A DNA stretch of 64,000 bases from Monocercomonoides exilis PA203. Lineage: Eukaryota; Protista; Preaxostyla. The stretch lies in NCBI GenBank assembly GCA_001643675.2, contig LSRY02000015.1:372001-436000 (forward strand), written 5' to 3'. Below the pieces are notes generated by a model. That model ran no database searches. It saw only the letters and a program-made list of their open reading frames with translations, and was not told the origin of the DNA. Position numbers and translations under genes: made by a program. Shown piece by piece: positions 12,738 through 24,599 of this stretch. The stretch's first letter is position 1; every line of letters starts with the position of its first letter.

Positions 12738-13915
12738 TTCAACAATTTTCATTCATTCAAAGGCCAAGTTTTAAAAGTTAAACTTCAAAAAATGACTTTA
12801 TTCTATATATTTCATAATCTGCATCTTTGAAACTTATTCTCCCGTAAGTTTGAAAACAATTAAAAAAATAAAAATTCAAATAATTATTTGTCAACTTTAT
12901 TTTTGCTGCTTATAATATTAAATTTTTTTTCATATCCAATGGCAAAGTTGAGTCGAGCAGATGCGAATATCTATACAAACAATATTTTATTCATGCTATT
13001 CTTCGAATGCAAAAGGGTTTTATTTTGTTCCTACTAGATATTTTTTTTCAGCAGAAAATGGATGATTTTGAGGCATGAAAGACTTCAAAATCTTTATTTA
13101 TTTTGAATTTAGTATTCCTTTTTTGTTTTTTAATAGAGGCTCAATTATTATTCGTAATAAAACAGTTATATTTTATAGTGTTTTTTGAACAAAAAAACAT
13201 TTGTTGAGAAAGGCTAAAGCGCTTTGAAGATGAAATGGTTTCATCTTTTGATTCAAGTGCCTTTTCAGTGATGATTTGCAAAGATAACCTTAATTTGCTG
13301 GAAAAGTGGGATGAAATGACAAAAGATGTTTTTGTCTCAAAAACAGAATGAAAAACAAATTACTCATTGGAAACAATGGCCATATTTACAAATTTGAAGG
13401 TATTTTATCATTTTCTTTATTGTTTCATAGATTCATCTGTTCTTCGTTTCTGATGAAAAAACTTGAAATTATTGTTAAAAGAATCAAGAGATATTTGACT
13501 TTCAGGAAAAGTGATAAAGAATTTGATTCAATACCATTGGCCATTTCTTTTTTCTCTCCTAAAGATTCATTTAGGGTGGTTTTTTTTATCCGGACATTTT
13601 TTTTATCCGGACAAAATTTTTAATTCTGAATTATTTCTTCCCACTTTAGGATATTTTATAATATTTTTGATATATAAGGATAAGTCAGCAATTAGAATTT
13701 CAGATCAAATTACTATACCTAATCTCTGATGGGGGGGGGGGGGGGTTAGCTCCTCCATCTCTGGATTAGTACCTCCCCTGAGGAGATTAGGTAATAGCAA
13801 GGGGTATTACTAAGTTAGAATTTGATCGAAAAAAATTTTTTAATTTTTTTTTCATTTCAAAAAAAATTTTTAAAAAAAAAATAAAAAAAAGAACATTACC
13901 AAAATTTTTTTTATC

Positions 13916-15052
13916 ATGAGTGTTATCAAAAATAAAACAGAACAAGGATTTGTAAACATTAGAAATCAAATGATGGCATTTGACTACAGACAAATAGAAA
14001 ATCGTTTGGAACGAATTGCAACAATCGTTTTCGATGGAAAGGCAAGGATAGTGGATACAGCGAATCTACATGAATTCAGCCGTTCAGCCATAAACAGAGC
14101 GATTGCAGCTTTGGAAAATAAAAGAAAAATCGGCAAAATTGGTCACCCAGAGTTGCTAACAGATGAGGAAAAGAAAACAGTAGAGGATGTTATTCGCTGC
14201 GAAAGTTCAAGTGGAGTGAGCATTTCTGTTTCTCAAAAGAAACAATTGGTTTGCTTAATCATTTATAAACAAATTTGAATTTATTGTAATCTTATTTAAG
14301 ATGGAATCTGTAATTTCTGATAGACAAAATAATCTATTTGAAGAAGAAAAAGAAGAAGTTGAAATTTCGAAGTCATCGCCCTACTCATTCATAAAAAGGA
14401 ATCCACACCTTAAAGTTTCTCTTCCAAGAAACGTTGATATTCAACGATAAGCTGTTTCAAATAAACAAACCCTCCAGCCTTTCTACGAACTTCTTCAACA
14501 TCTTCATAACACTTACAAATATTCTTCTTCTTTGATATTTAATACCGACGAATCTTCCCTTCGCCTCTCAGATACCACCAAAAAGCTTGTTGTGCATCCT
14601 TCCGATTCACCAGCTGGGTTCAACAAAACGCCCATGAACATGCCAAACGCCACATTGTGCGTTGCAGCTGCTGCAGATGGTTATTCTTTGAAAAGTGTCG
14701 TTTTATGGCCTTCAAAGAAGATTCCAGCCGAACTGCGTGTGATGGTCAGCTCTTCAATAAATATTTGGGAAGACAACGATGGCTGGATGACCGACGCAAG
14801 ATTTAGAAGATACGCCGAAGATGTTCTCCTTCCAGGAATCGTTGAAAGACGAACTCTTTTGGACAAAGATGAAGAAAGATGCCTTCTTCTATTGGACTCT
14901 CATCCATCGAGAGCTCAGCCCGACATTTGGCAAAAATTCGCTAATGCCTCCATCGACGTGGTGACTTTTATCCCGCACAGCACACACCTCACTCAGCCTC
15001 TTGACAGAGGAGTATTTGCCGTCTTCAAAAAATGTTTTAACACAAAATATGT
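13916..15052 (+). pseudogene. pogo-like DDE_1 transposase, 5' part (HTH region + DDE core)
   Basis: ATG at 13916; predicted GT-AG intron 14249-14300 keeps the frame; motifs YSFIKRNPHL, IFNTDES, LLLLDSHPS, PHSTHLTQPLDRGVFAVFK; one premature TAA at 14448-14450; cut at the ATGT insertion site. Confidence 0.9.
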
Positions 15053-15074
15053 GGGACATTATTTTCGAAATCAT
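15053..15074 (+). repeat. Left TIR GGGACATTATTTTCGAAATCAT
   Basis: Exact reverse complement of 31581-31602. Confidence 0.95.
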
Positions 15075-16269
15075 AAAAAATTTCGGGGGTTGTTTTTTCT
15101 GAAAAATGAATCCTGATTTCTGCTTTATAAACTCAAATATTGTTTTGGTGAGCAAAAACATATAATATTGAATTGATATTTGATATATTTGTTCATTATT
15201 TTTTGATTGTTTATATTTTTTAAAAATGATCATTTGAGGAATAATTTATTTCACATTTCAGAAGATGGACTTTTTGTCAGCTGTAAGTGAATGGATAATT
15301 GCTAATGAATTTCAATAAACAAGTCAACTTCACGAACGTTTATGTTTATATTCACAAAGGAAATGAGAATGCATTATTATTTTCGTTGATGCATGATTGT
15401 TAGAAATATATTATTCATGTATCACAGCCCTTATAGTTTTATAAAAAAAACATGGAAACATTATTTTTGAAAATTGATTCAATAGCCTAGTTTCATGTTT
15501 TTCGAGTTCATAACAGCTTTTAAACTTTTTTTGTTATTTCTTTGACTACTGAATAATTATATGAGATTGATTGGTTCTTTTTTTGAATTTCATCGATCTT
15601 TTTTATTTTTTGAACGCCAACGAATATTTTAACAAAGAATAGTCACACCATAACCCTCATTTGTATTTTCATGAAAAAACTTCTGAAGTTTTTTTAGATG
15701 TGGAAATCACGTTTAATGCATATCATAATGTGATTTTCTCTTATTGAGTTACTTACAAGTTTAATTATTAACAAAATCAAAGTTATCTATTGCACAAAAA
15801 TCTAAAAATCGATCACAAAATAGTCAAAGATAGTTTTTGTTTGTTTGTTTTCCTTATATGACATTTTGAAAGGTTTTATTCGGATAGAATATTAATTTTA
15901 GTTATGTTCAATTCATATTTTAGTTTATAGCGAGTGTTTTTTTCTTTATTAAAAGGTGATTTATTCATTTGTTTTTAATGTTTTATAATTATATTATTGG
16001 AGATTCAAAGTTCAAATAAATCATATTTTGTTCATGAAAAACTTGTTCAACACATATGGTTGATAATTTTTTATTATTACTTTGTATTTTGCGATGTTGT
16101 TCAGGATTAACAATTGTGATTTGAAAATTGATTCGATTCAACGATCCTTCGAGGAGAAGATTTTTGATATTATTTGGGTAGCTTTCAAATAAAGTTGTTT
16201 GTTTTGTTTTCTTTTTCCTTTTTTTCTTGTGAAATTTAACGGTCTCCATTTTCACGTTCATCTGATGAA

Positions 16270-19200
16270 ACAACATGAAAAGCTGGCTATTGACTTGAAA
16301 GATTTTGTTTTATGTTGAGGTGAACATTCAATCACATCCTTCAAGTTTGATTTTGAAGAAGTTGTCGAACACAGGCTCTAAGCTTTATCAAATGATGAAT
16401 CTGTATCAGTTGAGAATGTTGAAGAAATTGATAGCGAAAGTGTTTTTTTTCATGTTTCCTCCTGTTCTTTTTCCTCATCTTTCTCCAATGCCCATTCTGG
16501 AATCTTATCTGAATCTTTCCCAAATATGTATTCTGCTGATCAACTCTCAGATTGAAGATGCTCTGATGATTTTGAATGCTCAATATTCGTTTCAAATTCC
16601 CTCTTCTTTATTATCTCTTCATTCTTTTTCTCAGCCTCTCTCTGCTCTCCTCCATTGCTCTTCAGGAGACATTTCCATCGTCACCATCTCAATCAGTTTT
16701 AGATCTTTTCTGATGTTGTCATTCACAATCTCTCTCAGATCTTCTGCTTCATTCTTAGCCTTCTTCAATCTAACAATGAATACCACTGCTATGATGAGAA
16801 AAATCGAAAGAACAATAGCCATAATAATCACCATCAACAAATAATATGATTTTCCTTCTTTTCCATCTTTCCGTCACTTATCATCTCCTTCTGACTTTGA
16901 TTCTGTTTTGTTCTTCAGTGTCTGTGGTGAAGTTGCAGCCAATTGTTTTTCAAACAGAATCGTCATAAACACCTCTGTTTCATCTCTAACCTTTGAAATA
17001 TTTTCTGATGGGGTTGTTCCAATCACCTCAGCTTCTGAAAGATAGCAATATTTCTCAAACTGATATGTCTCAACCAACTCCAAATTCCCAGTTTTTTATT
17101 CAAATCTGAATGACAAGTCACATGGCATAAAAAGTGATCCCTTGAATTTCACAACAACATTGCTTCCATTTTCATTCTCCGAATCATCTTCCAATTTGCG
17201 AATGAAGAAAGGCGATTCTCTTTCTCCAGCTGTCCCTCCAAGCGTGCATCCATCATTAAGAATCCAAAGAGAAGAATTATCTTTCACTCCATTTCCACCT
17301 TTCAAGCCGGAAATGGTTAATGAGGCAGACTCCGAACAAATGATGTTTCTTCTCACTGATGGATATTTTTCAATGAATGGATTATTGTTGAAGAATTCTC
17401 CTTTCCCGCTTTTCACATTACCAGAAGATATGTATAATCCACCTAACGAAGAATTTGAAATTGTTATGTATTTCATCACTAACGAAGTATTTGATGAATG
17501 AACAAGCAATCCATTCCATTGATAGATATCTGTCATTGCATTCAAATTCTCAGTTTCATTTTCTTTCATTAACACTCCTTCAAGCTCACACATGTGCATA
17601 GAAACTTCCTTTGTATTGCTTATCTCCACGATATTTTCTTTATCAGAGCGAGAAACTCCTTTAAACAATAACAACTAGAAAGAACTGCATGAGTAAATGA
17701 TGAAGAAACATAGAGAACAGAAGCTCTTTCTGATTTTATCGAATAGTTGTTGAATGAAGCAGTTCCAAATGAAATTGAACTCAAGTACGAATTTCCAATT
17801 TCAATAATGCAGCCTTCTTATGACAAAACTTCATCTGTAGATACTCCGTTTCATGCAACACTTCCACATTCGCGAAGCACAACAACTTTTCTTTTAGATT
17901 AATTCTTTTTCGGCTTTCCATTCGTCAACAAAACCTGATCCCTCCAACGCAGAAAAGAAGGCTTCTTGTATGAAAACATCTTCATTGTGAAGTTATCAAC
18001 ATGCGAAATTCTTAGTTTGATGTTCAACAAAGTTGATTTCGGAAAAGAAGGTCGAGCGCAGTTAGATCGAACAACTTATGAAAAAATTACCAACCAAAAG
18101 AGAAAGTCGAATACTTGCATCGCGAATGGCTGATCAGCTGAAATACAAAAAAGATTGACAGAAATAAAAATACTCATTCTTTATCCAAACTCTCTCTTTC
18201 TGACGTTGTGATGATTCTTTCTCAGTCGTTGGTGGTAGTTGAGTTCAAGAATTCAAAAGCTGATGAAGGATATTGAAGAGAGTGGATGCTTATATCTTGA
18301 ACGCTTCACACACCAAGAAAAACAGTTTGCTCCATGTCAGCAGCTGAGAGAAACACGATGGAACGATATGTTTCACTCCCACATTTAGCGACTAGCAAGG
18401 TGCGTTGAACTCTGCACATTATTTGATGTCTGCTTGTTTGTTTGCATTCATGGACACAAATGTTATCTCTCTCCGATATTTCATAATTCTCATCAGAAGA
18501 TTTCTCCTGCTTCAAACGAGTCTGCTGTGCGTCCCCACATTGCCAGCTCTTTCACAAATGGTGCTTTGAAAAAAAAGGTCTTGTTTATCTTTAATTTGTG
18601 TATCGATTGAGCGGAATCTCATATTCACATCTCTCCCTCTCAATGCAGAGTTGTCTCTGAATGTGATATTTGACAGAACAAAATTCAGAGGCTTCTCATC
18701 CATTGAGGTGCATTCAAGAAATAGTCTGCCTCCTCTTCCTGTGGTTGAGCAGAAACACTGAGAAATTGTGCAAAATGAGCAGTCGAAGCTTCCTCTCTCA
18801 TTCAACGCACAAAACATTTCTCCTCCCTTTCCACACCTCATTCCCCCACATTTCTTCATCGTTGTGTTTCGTACAACAATCTTGGTTAGCTTGTTGTTGT
18901 AATTCCTTATGATGGGAATGCCATCTGTTGTGTACTGGGTGACTTCTTCGAATATGCTCAACTCAATAACAATGTTTTGTTCTGCTTCATTGCTCCCTCT
19001 CTTCTCTCCAGCTGATCCCTTTGATATCCTCAATCCGCTTGCTCCTTCCAACATAATATTCTTCATCGTCAAGTTCTTAATGTTCAAAAAAGTTGAAGAT
19101 AACACAGAAATAACATCTTTTGAAAAGCAAAGTGATTGCATTGACACAAATTACAACTCAACTGTTCCTTCATCTACCATTATCATCCCATAATGAGTCA

Positions 19201-19500
19201 GTTCTTCTCTCTCATCTCCTTTTTTGTAAATGAGCAGTCTTTCAGAGTCAATAATCCTTCTCTTGAGCCAACATGCTTCAAATAACTGACTCCATCTGTG
19301 AATGAAGAAAGAATGACAAAATTTATCAATTCAAAAAAGGTGATGTTCCATATCTTCATTACCGCTCCTTCTTCTCCTTAAAGCAATTATGCGCATTCAA
19401 AAGTTCCCACGATGTTGTTATCATTCGATTTTGTTTCAGAAACGCTAAGATCCAAAAATATCGGAGTACTCTTTTTCCAATGATTCCAATGTTTCTTTCG
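16270..19500 (-). pseudogene. Decayed 3' part of a receptor-family gene, paralogue of 33012-41986
   Basis: Fragments match the intact gene: FVLSNITFRDNSALRGRDV, GEFFNNNPFIEKYPSVRRNIICSESASL..GLKGGNGVKDNSSLWILN, a TM helix, and EIVNDNIRKDLKLIEMVTMEMSPEEQWRRAER. Many stops and frameshifts. Confidence 0.88.
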
Positions 19501-19682
19501 TATCAAATTAGTTATTTGTGATAGTTCTCATTGAAAATTTATTGATAAACACAGATAATGATAAATAAAAACAATGTCGACATTGAAAAAATACATAAAT
19601 GATAACAAAAATATTGAGTTACAAACTTCAAACGAGGAATTTTGTTTGTTTTTTAATGAGTTTAGAGAAAGTCCACCCTGGG

Positions 19683-19759
19683 AGGCTGATTCTGGACCCA
19701 AAGCCTTCAAGGGATTGTGCTGGACCGGTCACAGCACAATCCCAGGACGGAATCAGCCT
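19683..19759. other. GC-rich stem-loop island in AT-rich DNA
   Basis: AGGCTGATTCTG pairs with CGGAATCAGCCT and encloses the perfect stem GGGATTGTGCTG/CAGCACAATCCC around the palindrome GACCGGTC. Confidence 0.7.
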
Positions 19760-19902
19760 AGCCCCATTTTTGCATAAAAGCAAAAATAAGGGTACCCAGA
19801 TAAAAATGCTTTACGCATTTATATCTGAGCTTGAGCAGCAGACATTTCAAAAAACTCATCAACAAAACAAACAAAATTTCATAAAAACACAACAAAAAAT
19901 AC

Positions 19903-22900
19903 TCAAATATCATTAGTTGGATTAAAGAACAATAATTTATCAAGCTTTTCCCTCTCTTTGTACATTCTTTTAGTGTTTATTCCAGGTGACAAAGTGGGAG
20001 ATTTATGATAATACTCCTTTGATGTTTTTTTGGGGCGCTCATCTCTTTCTCTTTTTTCTCGAAATGCTGTTGCAAATGTCCCTTTTGAATTAAAAGGAGA
20101 TGAAACCGATCGAAATACTTTATTTCCGCGCTTTTCATAAAATAAATATGTCTTCAAAGAACTGACTACCATTTTTTTCCATAGAATTTTGTTGGATGGA
20201 CTGTGCCTGTTATTTATCAAAAGACATAATAAAGATGTTTCAAATAAAAATGCAAGTGAATAAAAAATGAAAACAAATAAAAAGCAAACTTCAGAAAGTG
20301 ACGGTGAGTTTTGGCACAATTGGAAATATTATTGTCATCAAATGAACCCGTGTGACAAGAATAAATTTCAAAGAATTTTATAAGTTCATCGATATTGCTA
20401 ATTACAGTATTGTTATCCAATTTGTTATTAATGCATTGCGAAAGATGCCCGAACTCTCCGTCGCACTCGCACTTTCCGTGCTTTTCGCAAAAGAATGACA
20501 AAGATATTGTTTTATCCTTTGCAAACGAAGAATTGTTTGAAAGAAGAAAGTGCATCAGTTGAGAGTTTCGGAAATGTGATCCTGTATCACACATGAATCG
20601 AAAAACTTTTCTTTTTTCAAAAATCGGATTTGATAAGACTTGTTGCAGACATTCAATTGTGAATTTGTAATCATGCGACAAAGTATTTGAAAAAAAATTG
20701 AAAATATGTTTTTCCTTGCTCTTGTTGTTATCAGCAATGTAAACAATCACACAAAAATGAGAAACTTCGACTTTGTTGTAGAAATCTCTGCTTGTTTGGT
20801 TCCTTCTCATTGGCAAGGACCAGTTTTCTTTGTAGTCAAATAGTAATAACGCCTCATCCGACTTTAAGTTATTTTTCAAATGTCTAAAGTATTGTTGTTG
20901 ATTATTAGCCAATATACGGTGTTTTTCAACCAGTCGTATCGTTGCTTTCTCTTCATTGTTTAGTTGTTCAGATCGCTGGAATAAAAGTTTCTCCTTATTC
21001 TTTAGTGAAGAGTACACCTCACACAAATCACAGACGTCCGTTCTCCTCGTTGCCCTTTTTATGCGTCGGGTCCTTTTGTAGAATTGACTTTTTGACATTT
21101 TTATCTTTGTTTCTTTAACGAACTTTTCATATAATTCTGATTTTGTCGTATTGATAATCCTGATAGGTTGCTTTGAACATTGAAGACTTTCTTGTTCATG
21201 TGAAGGAATAAGAGTTTTTCCAATTTCTCTGACGTCTGTGCTGTTCACTAGATTTCTTGTCGAAAATGATAGTTTTGAAGAATCGATTGATTCATTTGGA
21301 ACATGTTTTGAAATGTTGTTTGGCGAATGATTGTTTGAATGAATTGTTTCAAAATTATTGGACGAAGCATTTTTTGGAGCATTTGTGTCTTTCCGATTTG
21401 TTGGAGAATGATGAACATGCTTCTTATGAAATGAAATGACAGCAGAATTGTCATTTCTTTTATCCGAAACGTTGTTTGATTTTGATTGTGTTGATGAATA
21501 TGAGGACTCTGGTGAAACATGAAAATGGTGAAATGGTTGGGTTGTCAAAGGTGATTTGTCTAATGATGCATTTGTCGATGAAGTGAAGTTTTTTGATATT
21601 GAATGATGTGGATGAAGTAGTTGAACTCTATTTTGTCTTTCTTCTTCATTGCTAACTTGATAAGAAACATCATCATGAAATGAGAGAGAGTTGTGACAGC
21701 TGATTGACTGATAATAATCATTCGAAATATGATAGTCAAGCAAATTAGGCGATAAAATATCTGTAACAATTTCGTCAACATTGCTGTCAATTTTTTTATA
21801 CACAGAAAGGATTGGATGCGATCCCTTGTTAATATGCGTTTCAATTACGGTTGTTATGCTATCACGAATAGGAGAAATTTCATCGTCATTACACATACAC
21901 CACCCACTTAAATTTAGCTTTGGAAAATTCGAACACTTCTTACTTTGCACAATTGAGTAAAAATGACCATGTTGATTGTCTCCTTGATAAAATAGAAGTC
22001 CAATCAGTGTGTAGTTAATTGAGCCTCTCTTCAAATCTCTATCAACATAAATGGAATAACTGTCTTTTTTGAAAGACAACGTCTCGTTTATTTGGAAATT
22101 GATATCTCTTTTCTTTCCTGCAGGTTCCAAAGAAACCGAAAGAATTTGAGGAAATTGTTCCATTTTCAAATGACTTAGTTGAAAAGTTTCTGACTGACAA
22201 TGCTCACAGAAAGCGTATCTGTTATTCTTGTTGCTGGTTTCCATTTTGAATGAAGTATTAAATGCTTCGGTGCAACTGGATCCAACCAGTCGTATAATTG
22301 GTGTCGACTCGAATGGACCATTCACTGAGCAATGACATTTTGAACAATGTCTTGGAAATGACAAACTTGTGTTCACGTGATACGCAAAGTTAGGAATGAT
22401 TATTGATAAATCATTGAACAAATCCAAGAAAGTTTCATAGAATTCTTGCTGCAATCCTTGTCTCAGTTTATGCCTTTTTTCGAATTGTCTTAGAAAAAAT
22501 GGTGACCATCTTTGTTTCAATTGTGAATTCTTTGTTTTGACAATAATTTCCTCTGAAACGAGATGTAAAAGATTTGAAAAATAAGAAGTGAACGTTCCAT
22601 TTCGAATTTGTAAATCTGGACATTGAACAATAATTGATCGAAATATTTGAATTTGTGAAGCCAGATAACAACTGTTTCCTAAATTTGTTAAGCTGAAAAA
22701 AATTGCTCCTTCATCTTCGTTTTGATTATCGTGAGCGACAAGCTCCTGATCAATAATCATATTCTGATCCGAATGTTTGTCAAGCACATCTATCATTATG
22801 TCAGAGGAACAGTTATTAATTATATCTTCTTCTACGTCCATTGATATGCTAGGATCAAGATATTCCGTTATTTCTTGATATTCCTCATTCTCGTAATAAT

Positions 22901-23907
22901 TCTCTATCGGTGAACTTTGACAATGACTTTGAGAAACATGATAATATTCTCCCAGAAGATTTGTTTGTGTCCTTGTAATGTCGTGCATATCTGATAAGCT
23001 GTTGTTATCCATTGGTTGTGTTTCGATGTATGTTCCAGAGATAATATTATTCTCTTCAAAATCGCTATTTTCTAGAAAATAATCTCCCAATGGATCAATG
23101 TCTATTTCCATGTTGTCTTCCCCATTCAATATTGCGAAATCATTAACATTTGCAAAATTTTCCTCTTTGAAGAAAAAAAATATTATAAAAAATTTTCATA
23201 TTCTTTTCATCAAAATTTCATAATATTGCAAACTATTTTTGGAACTAATGATTCTTCGTGATCCTTCAGATGATTCAGTCGAATTGGCAGAAATAAATTC
23301 TGAAAATCTCTTTTCTTCGTCGTTGCTGAGTTCTTATTTTAAATATTCAAAAGAGTAAATATTTTCATTAAAGATACAAAAAACAAACTTCTTTTTGATG
23401 GAGGCATTTTAGGCTTTTGCGCACGAGATATTTCTAAAGATGAAGAAGAGCTGCTTTGCTTCGAATAATTGTAATTTCCTTGTGTACAGTGGAATCCAAA
23501 GTCCAACAGCTGATGAAATGAATATTCATGACACACAGTCTTGAGTATTGTGACTTTCGTATGAGCGTTATCTTCTGTATTGTATGCCGATGCAAGACGC
23601 ATTATAACGTATTTATCCTTTTCTTTATGTCACAGTGAATGTTTATTTTTAAACAATGAAAACATTTATTTCAACGAAAAATCATACCGTTGAATATGTT
23701 TTGCAACTCAGAAAACAATTTCTTTCCTTTGTTTGTGTGAATAAACATGAAAGTCAAGCAGTTAACTATATCTTCCCCTGATATGCCATTCAAATATTCC
23801 CAAGCAGCATTGCACTTCTCGCTTTTTCTTGATGGAGAAAGCAATGAAAATTTCTTTTTTTCCATTCGGAGTTCAGAAAAAAATGTCTCAGCAAATGAGA
23901 GGTCCAA
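19903..23907 (-). CDS. Spliced gene: ubiquitin-specific protease (peptidase C19) domain fused to a Sola-like DDD transposase
   Basis: Main exon about 23160-20290 (ORF 20217-23129). USP: LTNLGNSCYLASQIQ, QQEFYE, CSKC/CEHC, YTLIGLLFYQG..HGHFYS, WCMCNDDEI. Transposase: TDVCDLCE, LLFDYKENWSLP, MCDTGSHFRN, FFCEKHGKCECDGEFG. Predicted GT-AG intron 20289-20207 joins in frame to a last exon ending at 19903. Upstream exons (23339-23602, 23671-23907) are likely, but the start codon is unresolved. Confidence 0.85.
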
Positions 23908-24599
23908 TTAAAGGGAATGGTAATATTATTTATATTTCATTCTATGAATTTCATTTCAGATTGCAAAGAAGTGTTGCAGTTATTCAATCTCATTTTATGT
24001 GTGACTTGATTTTCACAACAATATTTTCGTTAACTTTTTGTGTATTTTTGAGTCAATGAATGATTTTTATCAATTCACTGCTCAATTCATCTTATTTCAT
24101 AATAACTAAAAGAAAACAATTGCCGATTTATTAATCACATGTTTTCCAAAGCAAATGACATTTACGAAAACCGTGTTAATCGCATAAGCAAACAATCCGA
24201 AGAAAGAGAATGATAACGTTCATTCGATGTTATGAAAAAAGAAAAAGTTTTGGTTGACGATGAGAGTGACAAAAAAATAAATAAAAGGAAGTGCTTCATT
24301 CAGACTGCTAAGCTTTCACGAAGTGTGCACTGAAGAGAATTTAAGAATTCCATAAGGTTACTGAGATAGCTATTTCCTCTTTTTCATAAACGATACACTT
24401 TTGTTTTCGTCTCATCCTTCCTCTTTATCTTCGTCATTGAAAAGAACATTTAGACATTCAACTCCTATTTCAGATAATTATGCACCAGTTCTCAAATATT
24501 ATCAGGGAATGCAAACAAACAGAAAGAAAATAATGTTGAAGCATTCATTCAAGTCAGTTCTTTTAATGAGACTCCTTTAACTTTTTTCACATCGTTTTC

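Noticed and set aside
15053-15116. Natural C-terminus of the pogo ORF (GHYFRNHKKF...)
   Set aside because: This is read-through into the inserted TIR; the true continuation resumes at 31607.
19671-19765. tRNA or hammerhead ribozyme
   Set aside because: No cloverleaf with a T-loop GTTC motif, and no properly placed CTGANGA/GAAA core on either strand.
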